Source: Thermoanaerobaculia bacterium (GTDB lineage: Bacteria > Acidobacteriota > Thermoanaerobaculia > UBA5066). From it: a stretch of DNA of 64,000 nt. The stretch covers positions 1,408,001-1,472,000 of the forward strand of contig CAVRAY010000001.1 in the NCBI GenBank assembly GCA_963719225.1. Direction: 5' to 3'. The number at the start of each line of letters is the position of its first letter. The first letter of the stretch is position 1. Positions 18,850-27,612 of this stretch are shown here, piece by piece. A program made the translations under genes and the position numbers. The notes beneath the pieces were generated by a model. That model searched no databases, had not been told where the DNA came from, and worked only from the letters and a program-made list of their open reading frames with translations.

Positions 18850-19537
18850 AGACGATGCGAGCTTCGTCTCGACCGCTTCGATAAACATCGACCGATGTCG
18901 AGGAGCGTCTGTGCCTCTGCGAGCATCTTGTCTCGTGTCCGCTTGCGCCGCTTGCGGCGGCTGCCCTTCAGGTCGATGTCCAGCTCGTGAATGATCTGAT
19001 TTCTGACCTCGAAGATCGGCCGCAGGTCTGCCGGGGACTTTCCGAGGGCCGAGGCCTCGACGCCGAGCGCTGCGGCAGCGCGAAACAACTGCTCAGCCGA
19101 CTGAAGGCTGTTTCCAGTCAGATCTTCCGTGTAATCGACGATAAGCGATCACGTAGAGACGCTGCGGAAAGAAGATGAGCTAGGAACTTCGTACCGCGGC
19201 GCGTGGATTCGTCATCCTCATTCTGGAGTCGGGACGCAACGAACCTCTCCAGACCTTCCTGAACCTTTTTGTCCTTCTTCAGGAGATCGACGAGGGTGTT
19301 GCGGATCAGCTGCTTCGTAAGCGAGTCAAGGCCTGCGCCAGCGAGAACAAGAGCAGCGCGCAGTAGATCCTGCTCGGCGTCGGTAGGAGCCCCCGCGGTC
19401 ACACCGCGGCTTTGCCTGACAACACCGAAGGCATCGTCGAAAGCCTTAACCGTCGTCTTTGCGTGATCCAAGATGAGCCTTGGGCTGGCGGTCTGAGGGT
19501 GGGGTGAGTTGCTCCGTGGTCGGCGCGCAACGGGCAT
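18850..19537 (-). CDS. HEPN-domain protein (putative RNase), frameshift near 19130, 3' end uncertain
   Basis: N part has DLLRAALVLAGAGLDS; C part has the Rx4H motif RNQIIH. Lies directly downstream of the XRE gene. Confidence 0.65.
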
Positions 19538-19542
19538 GAAGC

Positions 19543-19983
19543 TCAGCTCGCCTTGGCGAGGAAGGCGTCAATGGTCCTGAGGAGGGCCTGCTGATCACGC
19601 TTGGGGAGGCGCTCGAGGTCTTGAAGGCGCCTGAGGAGCCGGCGGTTTTTGATTGCGCCATTTCCCTTGAGTTTCTCGAGGCCGAGAAGCTCGTCGGCCG
19701 AGACACGCAGGACCCGGGTCAACTCGACGATCGCCTGGCCGTGGAGCCGCAGCTCCCCGCGCTCGTAGTCCGAGACGACCGGCTGGGCGACACCGAGATG
19801 CTCGGCCAGCTCCATCTGGGTGATGCCGCGCTCGCGGCGAAGCCGTGAGAGGCGCTCCCCGATGGACTCTTTGTTTTTCCCGTCCGGCCCGTCTTGTCTG
19901 CCACGCCCGAGGCCTCCGTCCAGAAGATCGACGGAACGATCGTAGGGCTGGATTCCGGATGGTCCTGGTCGGGCATGTCGCAT
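19543..19983 (-). CDS. XRE/Cro-C1 helix-turn-helix regulator
   Basis: IGERLSRLRRERGITQMELAEHLGVAQPVVSDYERG; divergent from the primase. The true start may be ATG 19976 with an indel in the A-run near 19875. Confidence 0.9.
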   Translation of the reverse strand: MRHARPGPSGIQPYDRSVDLLDGGLGRGRQDGPDGKNKESIGERLSRLRRERGITQMELAEHLGVAQPVVSDYERGELRLHGQAIVELTRVLRVSADELLGLEKLKGNGAIKNRRLLRRLQDLERLPKRDQQALLRTIDAFLAKAS

Positions 19984-19994
19984 CCCTCTTGCAG

Positions 19995-20003
19995 ATTATA
20001 GCA
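19995..20003 (-). promoter_or_regulatory. Extended -10 promoter (TGnTATAAT) for the XRE-HEPN operon
   Basis: Minus strand reads TGCTATAAT just upstream of the XRE RBS and start. Confidence 0.55.
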
Positions 20004-20100
20004 AAAACCTATAAGTTTGGAACACGAAGAGGAGGGCCTGCGAAATGGCCACCCGGATCCCGAAAGCTCTTGACAGCCTCCGACGAGGCAGGTGACGGCG

Positions 20101-23100
20101 ATGCCCCGCATCCCGAACGATCTCCTCGAGCGCATCAAGCACGAGACGCCGCTGCGGCTCCTCGTCGAGCGCTCGGGCGTCGTGCTGAAGGTCTCGGGCG
20201 AAAACGTCATCGGCCTGTGCCCGATGCACGACGACCACGACCCGTCTCTCGTGCTGACGCCATCGCGCGGTCTCTGGCACTGCCTGGGAGCGTGTCAGGC
20301 CGGCGGCACCGTGATCGACTGGGTCATGAAGGCCGACGGCCTCGATTTCCGCGAGGCCGTCGACAAGCTGCTAGCCGAATTCTTTCCTTTAGAAGCCGCC
20401 TCTCTCATCAGGCACGCAGCCGTCACGGAGCAGGCCTGCCCGCTCGATCTCGACGCCGACGACCAGACGCTCCTCAACCAGTACGCGGATTTCTGCCACG
20501 AGCTTTTCAAGACGACAGCCGAGCCGAAGGAGTACGCGGCTAAAAGACGGATCGCGTCCGACGAGCTCGTCTCGCATTTCAAGCTCGGCTACGCGAATCG
20601 CACGCTCGGCCTCCGTCTCCCGAGCGTGCGAGCCAGAGCCGGCCTGGCGCTCCGTATGCGCTTGCAGTCTCTCGGCATCCTCCGCGGCTCGGGCCACGAG
20701 CATCTCGTCGGCTCTCTCGTCATCCCGATTAGGGACAGCGCCGGCAACGTCACGGGCATGTACGGGAGAAAGACGCGCAACGACCTCCGGACCGGGACAC
20801 CTGATCACCTCTATCTCCCTGGCCCGCACCGCGGAGTCTTCAACGTCGAGGCTTTCGCCGAATCGAAGACGATCATCCTCACGGAGTCGCTCATCGACAC
20901 GCTCTCCTTCTGGGAAAGCGGTTTCAAGAACGTCACGTGCGCCTATGGCGTCGAGGGCTTCACCGAGGAGATTCTCGGAGCCTTCTCTTTCCACGAGATC
21001 GAGCGCTGCTACATCGCCTTCGACCGCGACGAAGCCGGCGACCGTGGTGCGACACGCGTCGCCGAGAAGCTCATGTCGGCCGGCGTCGAGTGCTTCCGCG
21101 TCCTCTTCCCGAAAGGGATGGATGCGAACGAAGTCGCCCGGAAGATGCACCCGGCCGAGAAGACGCTCGGACTCTTCATCCGGAGCGCCGAGTGGATCGG
21201 CAAAGGAAAGGGCCCGGAGAGACCGAAGAGAACCGAGAGGCCGGAAGAGGCGGCTAAAGAAGAAATGCGGGCAGCGGCCGGGCGGCCGGCTGCGCGCATC
21301 GAAGAGTCACGTGCTGCCGCCCCTGCTCAACTTCTTTCTTTAGCGGCTCCTGCGCCGCTGCCCGAAGCGCTGGCGCCAGCTCGCGAGCACGACGAGGCGG
21401 CTAAAGAAGAAAGGCCGGCCACGAGTCTGACGGCCACCACCGATCTCGACGAATTCATCCTCGTGGAAGGCGACCGCCGCTATCGCGTCCGCGGGCTCCG
21501 GAAGAATCTCTCCTACGGCTCGCTCAGGCTGAACGTCTTCGTCTCGCGCGACGGGGACCTCTTCGACGAGAAGTCACCGCTGGCCGGCTTCTTCGTCGAC
21601 ACCTTCGATCTCTACGCGGCGCGTGCCCGTGCCGTCTTCGAACGCCAAGCGTCTCTCGAGATGGGCGTCGAGGAGCGCGTCATCAAGCACGACCTGGGCG
21701 CCGTGCTGAGGCGTGCCGAGGAGCTGCAGCAGGAAGCGATCACGAAGGCGCTCGAGCCGAAGGCGCGCCCCGTCCTCATGAGCGCCGGGGACACCGAAGA
21801 GGCGATGAGGCTCCTGCGTGACCCGAACCTCCTCTATCGCATCCTCCACGACTTCTCCCGCTGCGGCGTCGTGGGCGAGGAAACGAACAAGCTCGTCGGC
21901 TATCTGGCAGCCACGTCCCGAAAGCTCGATCGCCCGCTCGCCGTCATCCTCCAGTCCTCGAGCGCGGCGGGCAAGTCGTCGCTGATGGAAGCGATCCTGG
22001 ATTTCATGCCCGAAGAGGAGCGCGAGAAGTACTCGGCGCTGACCGGCATGTCCCTCTTCTACTTCACCGAAGAGAAGAGCCTCAGGCACAAGATTCTGGC
22101 TGTCGTCGAAGAGGAAGGCGCCGAGCGCGCCAGCTACGCGCTCAAGCTTCTCCAGTCGGAAGGCGAGCTGTCGATCGCGTCCACGGGGAAGGATCCGCAC
22201 ACCGGGCGTCTCGTCACGCAGGAGTACCGCGTCGAAGGGCCCGTGATGATTTTCCTGACGACGACGGCCGCGGTCGTCGATGAAGAACTCCTGAATCGCT
22301 GCCTCGTCCTCTCCGTCGACGAGAACCGCGAACAGACGAAGAGGATCCACGAGCTTCAGCGTCAGGCCGAAACGATCGAAGGGCTCCTGGCCGCTAAAGA
22401 TAAGAGCAGGATCGTCCGCCTCCACCGCAACGCGCAGAGGCTCATCAAGCCTCTTCTCGTCGCGAATCCGTACGCAGCCCGCTTGACCTTCCTCGACGAC
22501 AGGACGCGCACGAGGCGCGATCACGTCAAGTACCTGACCCTCATCCGGTCGATCGCGCTCCTGCATCAGCACCAGAGGGAAGTGAAGACGATCGAGCACG
22601 AGGGGAAGGTCGTCGAATACATCGAGGCGACGCTCGAGGACATCGGGACCGCCAACAGGCTCGCGGCCGAAGTCCTCGGCCGCTCTCTCGACGAGCTGCC
22701 ACCGCAGACACGTCGCCTCCTCGAGCTCCTCGAAATAATGGTGACGAAAGAGAGCGAGCGGCTAAAAGTGGGAAGGGCCGACTTCCGCTTCACGCGCCGC
22801 GACGTACGCGCGCGCACGGGCTGGGGAGACACCCAGCTGAAGGTCCACCTGAACCGTCTCGTCGAGCTCGAGTACGTGCTCATCCATCGTGGGGGCCGCG
22901 GGCAGAGCTTCGTCTTCGAGCTTCTGTACGAGGGCCAGGGGAAAGACGGCTCGCGCTTCGTGCCGGGCCTCGTGGATGTCGAGACCCTCGGGCGTGAAGC
23001 CGAGCGGGCGGGGAAGAACGATGAGCAGCCGGGCCTCGGGCGGCCCCTGGTCGGCGGGCGGTCGGACTCCGGTCGGGCTGAAGAGACGCCGGGCCCGCCC

Positions 23101-23247
23101 GCTCCTGCAACTGCTTTTCTTCCTTTAGTCGCCGCGCGTTTCGACGAGGCGCTACTCGGTGGCGACCCCAAGGTGTCGTCGTACCAGGCCGAGGCAGCTA
23201 AAGAAAAAAGCTATCGGCCGCGGCGCTACTTTCTGCGCGGTGCCTGA
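20101..23247 (+). CDS. DnaG-like primase (CHC2 Zn finger plus Toprim) fused to a C-terminal P-loop NTPase
   Basis: CPMHDDHDPSL...WHCLGAC; ILTESLID and IAFDRDEAG (Toprim); ILQSSSAAGKSS (Walker A-like) and VVEEE (Walker B-like); low-complexity linker. Confidence 0.9.
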   Translation: MPRIPNDLLERIKHETPLRLLVERSGVVLKVSGENVIGLCPMHDDHDPSLVLTPSRGLWHCLGACQAGGTVIDWVMKADGLDFREAVDKLLAEFFPLEAASLIRHAAVTEQACPLDLDADDQTLLNQYADFCHELFKTTAEPKEYAAKRRIASDELVSHFKLGYANRTLGLRLPSVRARAGLALRMRLQSLGILRGSGHEHLVGSLVIPIRDSAGNVTGMYGRKTRNDLRTGTPDHLYLPGPHRGVFNVEAFAESKTIILTESLIDTLSFWESGFKNVTCAYGVEGFTEEILGAFSFHEIERCYIAFDRDEAGDRGATRVAEKLMSAGVECFRVLFPKGMDANEVARKMHPAEKTLGLFIRSAEWIGKGKGPERPKRTERPEEAAKEEMRAAAGRPAARIEESRAAAPAQLLSLAAPAPLPEALAPAREHDEAAKEERPATSLTATTDLDEFILVEGDRRYRVRGLRKNLSYGSLRLNVFVSRDGDLFDEKSPLAGFFVDTFDLYAARARAVFERQASLEMGVEERVIKHDLGAVLRRAEELQQEAITKALEPKARPVLMSAGDTEEAMRLLRDPNLLYRILHDFSRCGVVGEETNKLVGYLAATSRKLDRPLAVILQSSSAAGKSSLMEAILDFMPEEEREKYSALTGMSLFYFTEEKSLRHKILAVVEEEGAERASYALKLLQSEGELSIASTGKDPHTGRLVTQEYRVEGPVMIFLTTTAAVVDEELLNRCLVLSVDENREQTKRIHELQRQAETIEGLLAAKDKSRIVRLHRNAQRLIKPLLVANPYAARLTFLDDRTRTRRDHVKYLTLIRSIALLHQHQREVKTIEHEGKVVEYIEATLEDIGTANRLAAEVLGRSLDELPPQTRRLLELLEIMVTKESERLKVGRADFRFTRRDVRARTGWGDTQLKVHLNRLVELEYVLIHRGGRGQSFVFELLYEGQGKDGSRFVPGLVDVETLGREAERAGKNDEQPGLGRPLVGGRSDSGRAEETPGPPAPATAFLPLVAARFDEALLGGDPKVSSYQAEAAKEKSYRPRRYFLRGA

Positions 23248-24284
23248 TGGCCCGGCGTGGCGAGAAGCGCGTGTGGGCCTTCTCTGAGGCCTCGGATCCC
23301 GGCGGCCTCGTCGCGCTGATGCGGCTCTGGATCGAGTCGCTGCGCGTGCGCGGAATCTCCGCGAACACTGTCGTGCACTACGAGTGGGAAATCTCCGGCT
23401 TCATTCTCTGGTGTCACGAACGTGGCCTCGTGAGACCGGGTGAGATCTCGCGGCCGATCTTCGAGCGCTACCAGCGCTTCCTCTATCAGTACCGCACGGG
23501 CCACGGCCGGCCGCTGTCATTCCGAAGCCAGTACAAGCGGCTCGCCGCGCCGAAATACTTCTTCCGGTGGCTCGCGAGACAGGGCTATCTCCCATCCAGC
23601 CCCGCGTCCGATCTCGACATGCCGCGGCTTGGCCGGCGTCTCCCACGCCAGATCCTCACGGCCTCCGAGGCCGAGAAGGTCCTCGCGCAACCGGACCTCA
23701 CCGACCCCGTCGGCATCCGTGATCGCGCGATCCTCGAGACTTTCTACTCGACGGGGATCCGAAGAGGCGAGCTCGTCAGGCTGAAGCTCTACGACATTGG
23801 CTTCGAGAAGGGCACGCTCATGATCCGAGAGGGCAAGGGCCAGAAGGATCGCGTCATCCCGATCGGTGAGCGCGCGCTGAAGTGGCTCGAGAAATATCTG
23901 ACGGACGTGCGGCCTCATCTCGTCGTGCCTCCTGACGAGAGCGTGGTCTTCCTGACGTACATGGGCGTGCCGTTTCATCCCGACGCTCTTGGCCACGAAA
24001 TGAAGAAGTACCTGCAGGCATCGGGCGTCGGAAAAGAAGGCGCGTGTCACATCTTCCGGCACACGATGGCGACGCTGATGCTCGACGGGGGAGCCGACAT
24101 CCGTTACGTCCAGGAGATGCTCGGCCACACGAAGCTCGACACCACGACGATTTACACGCAGGTGTCGATCGACAAGCTCAAGAAGATCCACGACGCCACG
24201 CACCCAGGAGCGCGGCTCACGCCGCGAGCCGTGCCGGACGCCGAGCCTCAGAGCGCGGCCGAGGACGAAGATCCTTTCCTTTAG
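23247..24284 (+). CDS. XerC/XerD-like tyrosine recombinase
   Basis: RDRAILETFYSTGIRRGEL, GKGQKDR, HIFRH and LGH...TTTIY (complete R-K-H-R-H-Y set); TGATG coupling with the primase. Confidence 0.95.
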   Translation: MARRGEKRVWAFSEASDPGGLVALMRLWIESLRVRGISANTVVHYEWEISGFILWCHERGLVRPGEISRPIFERYQRFLYQYRTGHGRPLSFRSQYKRLAAPKYFFRWLARQGYLPSSPASDLDMPRLGRRLPRQILTASEAEKVLAQPDLTDPVGIRDRAILETFYSTGIRRGELVRLKLYDIGFEKGTLMIREGKGQKDRVIPIGERALKWLEKYLTDVRPHLVVPPDESVVFLTYMGVPFHPDALGHEMKKYLQASGVGKEGACHIFRHTMATLMLDGGADIRYVQEMLGHTKLDTTTIYTQVSIDKLKKIHDATHPGARLTPRAVPDAEPQSAAEDEDPFL

Positions 24285-24315
24285 TCCTCGCGCCGCGCGA
24301 AAATAAGGCCGCTAA

Positions 24316-25794
24316 ATGAAGAACAGGGCGCGCATCGTCTCGGGCCTCGCCGCGCTCGCTGCACTCTTCCTGGCGCCGATCGCCGAGGCATCCCTCTCGC
24401 GCTCGAGCACGCCGGCGCGCGGGGCACCCGCAATCACGCTCGCATCGCCCGCGTCCGAGCCTTCCGAGTTTTCTCTCTTCGAAGGCGACGAGCTCACGGC
24501 CGCTACCGCCGAATCAGAAGGCTCGCCGAGCTTCCATCCTTTAGCTGCCGTCTCGCTCCTCGACGAGCGCGAGCAGCGCGAGCTCGCGACGCCCCTCGAG
24601 ACAAGTTATCCGAAAACTCGCTACCGGGTTTTCGACTTCCTCGGGGCGCCTCTCCTCGGAATCGAGCGCGGTGTAAGTCTCGAACTGCACTGGGGATGCG
24701 CGTCTTTTAGCTGCGGATTTGCATCTGGGACCGTGGGCTTCCTGACGGAAGACCCGCTCGACGACATCGACAGCCCGAACGTCTACGGGTTCGTGGCCGG
24801 CAGGCCGCACGAATTTACGGATCCGGAGGGGCTGTTCTCGAGCTTGAACGCAGCCAAGGAAGGAGCGAAGACCCTCGCCCGAAACCTCGCGATCATCGGT
24901 GGAATCGGGATCGTCACGGGCTTCTGTCCTCCTTGTGGAGCGGCGCTGGCGATCGGAGCGACGGGATATCTCGCTTACGGCGTTCAGAGCGACATCAACG
25001 ACCGTCTCAAGCAGGGTCAGAACGGAGCGCAGGCCACCGCCGGCGCCATGGGCAACCTCACGGGTATCGGAGGCATCACCGAAGGCATCACGAACAAGGA
25101 CTTCGTCACCGGCGCCGAGCTCAACCTCACGGACGAGGAACGAGAAAAGCGGGTAGGGCAGGGCGCCGGCAACCTCCTGAGCTGGTTCGCGGGCCCGAAG
25201 GTATTCAAGGTCGGAGCGAAGTTCGGCGCCGGCGCCAGAGTGAAGTTTGACGCGTGGCGAGCCAGCGAAAACACCTGGCCGTCGATCAAGCCGGAGGGCG
25301 AGTGGGAGTTTGAGTCGCCGGAATCCCCCGCGACGACGTCGAATTACATAGGTCCAGAACGCCAATTGGGCCCCGCCCGAACAGCGACTGAGATGCGTAA
25401 CTCCCCAGGCGTGGCAACGGGAGGCGAACGACTGCCGGAAGTCGGTGGCAAGTGGTTGCGAGGCCAGCGGAATAACGCAGGTGTGATACCGAGACAAATC
25501 GCTGACCAGCTGCGTGGCCGCTCATTCAACAGATTCAGCGAGCTTCAAAGTGAGTTCTGGAGCCTGGTTGCGGACGACCCAGTGCTCGCTTCAGGGTTTG
25601 GAAGACGAAATCTCGCTCGAATGCGCGCGGGGCGATCGCCATTCGCTCCCCCCGGAGAAAGCACCGGGCAAGGGTGGGCACAGAAGGTCTATAACCTCCA
25701 TCATCGGACACGGGTAGGGGAAGGAGGGGGCGTCTACGACCTTGATAACCTATTGGTGGGCACGCCTCGTTACCATCAGAGTTTCCATAGGTAA
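24316..25794 (+). CDS. Signal-peptide leader (~141 aa) fused to the Rhs core tail, a pre-toxin region and a colicin/pyocin-type HNH DNase
   Basis: MKNRAR-hydrophobic-AEA, then FLTEDP...NVYGFV...TDPEG; the C-terminus has IPRQIADQLRG, FWSLVADDP and YNLHH...GGGVYDLDNL...TPRYH...H. Confidence 0.88.
   Translation: MKNRARIVSGLAALAALFLAPIAEASLSRSSTPARGAPAITLASPASEPSEFSLFEGDELTAATAESEGSPSFHPLAAVSLLDEREQRELATPLETSYPKTRYRVFDFLGAPLLGIERGVSLELHWGCASFSCGFASGTVGFLTEDPLDDIDSPNVYGFVAGRPHEFTDPEGLFSSLNAAKEGAKTLARNLAIIGGIGIVTGFCPPCGAALAIGATGYLAYGVQSDINDRLKQGQNGAQATAGAMGNLTGIGGITEGITNKDFVTGAELNLTDEEREKRVGQGAGNLLSWFAGPKVFKVGAKFGAGARVKFDAWRASENTWPSIKPEGEWEFESPESPATTSNYIGPERQLGPARTATEMRNSPGVATGGERLPEVGGKWLRGQRNNAGVIPRQIADQLRGRSFNRFSELQSEFWSLVADDPVLASGFGRRNLARMRAGRSPFAPPGESTGQGWAQKVYNLHHRTRVGEGGGVYDLDNLLVGTPRYHQSFHR
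24738..25313 (+). repeat. 576-bp near-identical repeat of 26589-27164 (Rhs tail plus pre-toxin region)
   Basis: Offset 1851; a few mostly synonymous mismatches concentrated at the 3' end; ends at codons WEF. Confidence 0.95.
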
Positions 25795-25803
25795 GAGACG
25801 AAA

Positions 25804-26034
25804 ATGCCAGAAACGCTCTCGAGATCGCAGCTCATTGATTTAGTTCAGCGGATCATCGATGTCAAAGGAACTGAGGAAGAGATTGCGAGCTGGGTAGAGC
25901 TCGTGAATAGCATCGTTCCCCATCCCGACATACTCGAACTCATTTATTACGACGACCAGGAGCTTACGGCCGAGCAGATCGTCGACAAGGCACTTCAATA
26001 CAAGCCACGTGTGATCCCCCTTCCAGGGAAGTAA
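25804..26034 (+). CDS. Colicin/pyocin DNase immunity protein (Im7/Im9-like)
   Basis: 76 aa with HPDILELIYY...TAEQIV; follows the HNH toxin. Confidence 0.88.
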   Translation: MPETLSRSQLIDLVQRIIDVKGTEEEIASWVELVNSIVPHPDILELIYYDDQELTAEQIVDKALQYKPRVIPLPGK

Positions 26035-26112
26035 GGCGCCAGCCCGCGACAGCGGAATTCATACACACACGCCGGTTGTATGGGAGGGTCGGGCGTTTGT
26101 GTTTCTGACTAA

Positions 26113-27612
26113 GCAGCTGACGCCGTCGACGGAGGAATCCGGCTCACCCTCACGCTCCCTCCCGACCCCTCGACCCTGGCCGCGGCCCTGCTGGTCGAAA
26201 AGAGAAATACCGACGGCACCTGGGGAGCCCTCAACGCGGCCGACCTGGCCCTCGGACAACGCGCGGGCGCCCCCGAAGAGCTCGAGCTCCTACCCCTGAC
26301 GGGCTTCACGAAGGGCGCCACCTATAGAGTCGGATTCCAGAGCCTCAAGGACACGCTCGGCAGAACCGCAACCCTCCCGAACTTCGCCCTCGACATCCCG
26401 ACGGACGGCACGCCCGTCCTTCTCGACAGAACCTACCCCCTCGTCTACGACAGCTACTTCGCGTCAGGGACGACCGCCTCAGGCGCATTTCCCGGCGGCC
26501 AGAACCTCCTCTTCCAGGGCCTGTGGACAGACCCCGTCACGGGCATGGGCTACGCGAGAAACCGCTGGTACGACGCCAGAAACGCCGTCTTCCTGACGGA
26601 AGACCCGCTCGACGACATCGACAGCCCGAACGTCTACGGGTTCGTGGCCGGCAGGCCGCACGAATTTACGGATCCGGAGGGGCTGTTCTCGAGCTTGAAC
26701 GCAGCCAAGGAAGGAGCGAAGACCCTCGCCCGAAACCTCGCGATCATCGGTGGAATCGGGATCGTCACGGGCTTCTGTCCTCCTTGTGGAGCGGCGCTGG
26801 CGATAGGAGCGACGGGATATCTCGCTTACGGCGTTCAGAGCGACATCAACGACCGTCTCAAGCAGGGTCAGAACGGAGCGCAGGCCACCGCCGGCGCCAT
26901 GGGCAACCTCACGGGTATCGGAGGCATCACCGAAGGCATCACGAACAAGGACTTCGTCACCGGCGCCGAGCTCAACCTCACGGACGAGGAACGAGAAAAG
27001 CGGGTAGGGCAGGGCGCCGGCAACCTCCTGAGCTGGTTCGCAGGCCCGAAGGTATTCAAGGTCGGAGCGAAGTTCGGTGCCGGCGCCAGGGTGAAGTTTG
27101 ACGCCTGGAGGGCCAGCGAAAACACCTGGCCGTCGATCAAGCCGGAGGGCGGATGGGAGTTTGACTTAGGATCGGCTCCGGCCGGCCCGCACCAAATGAC
27201 TGGGCGGGTTGTCCGCGGCGCAGAAGTTCTGGAGGAGGCTGAGTTCACAAGTGGTGGCAGTAGTGGTCGAAAAAACTGGCAAGAACAGCAGGGGCTCCAT
27301 ACTGAGCGGAAGTTCCTTCAGCGAGCTGAAGTGCTCGTTGAACCGGGTGTTAGTCTAGAAATGGAGGGAAGCCTCGACCCCTGCCGGTCAGGTTGCGCCC
27401 GAGCGATCCGCGACTTCGTAGATGTCTATGATTCGACGGCCAAATACAAGGCTTCCTCAACTGGCAGAGAATTTCGGTGGACGCCACGAGCCCCCGGTAG
27501 GCTGATGGGAACCGTGCTGCAGGAGCAGTTCCAAGACGGTCAACTTGTCGGTCGTTGGCGATACTGGCGAACGCCGGCAGGAAGGTGGCGGCGGGCGCCT
27601 GTTCCGTTCTGA
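26113..27612 (+). pseudogene. Orphan Rhs module: partial core, pre-toxin region and deaminase-like toxin
   Basis: Starts abruptly in the duplicated core with no proper start (internal ATG 26545). Tip has HTE...PCRSGC, a Zn-deaminase HxE/PCxxC-like motif resembling the Pput_2613-like clade. Confidence 0.8.

Larger units (their letters stand above)
11349..24739. mobile_element. Putative ~13.4-kb integrative element (primase plus tyrosine recombinase) inserted in the rhs core
   Basis: Left junction aacgccgtCT|ggctctcccagg and right junction accgtgggCT|tcctgacggaag. The uninterrupted form aacgccgtCTtcctgacggaag occurs at 26581-26602. The interval holds recombinase, primase, HTH and cargo genes. 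Confidence 0.75.

Noticed and set aside
17401-18884. Track ORFs in the putative origin region, including the repeated PGPINAFIG peptides
   Set aside because: The peptide repeats are translations of the DNA palindrome, and the ORFs lack coding-like composition.
23247-24284. Housekeeping chromosomal xerC/xerD
   Set aside because: Translationally coupled to the element primase and located inside the inferred element.
11349-24739. Prophage
   Set aside because: No capsid, terminase, portal or tail genes; a satellite-like lifestyle cannot be excluded.
24738-27164. Near-identical repeat pair as a DGR template/variable repeat
   Set aside because: Mismatches are not adenine-specific and are mostly synonymous, and there is no reverse transcriptase in the window.
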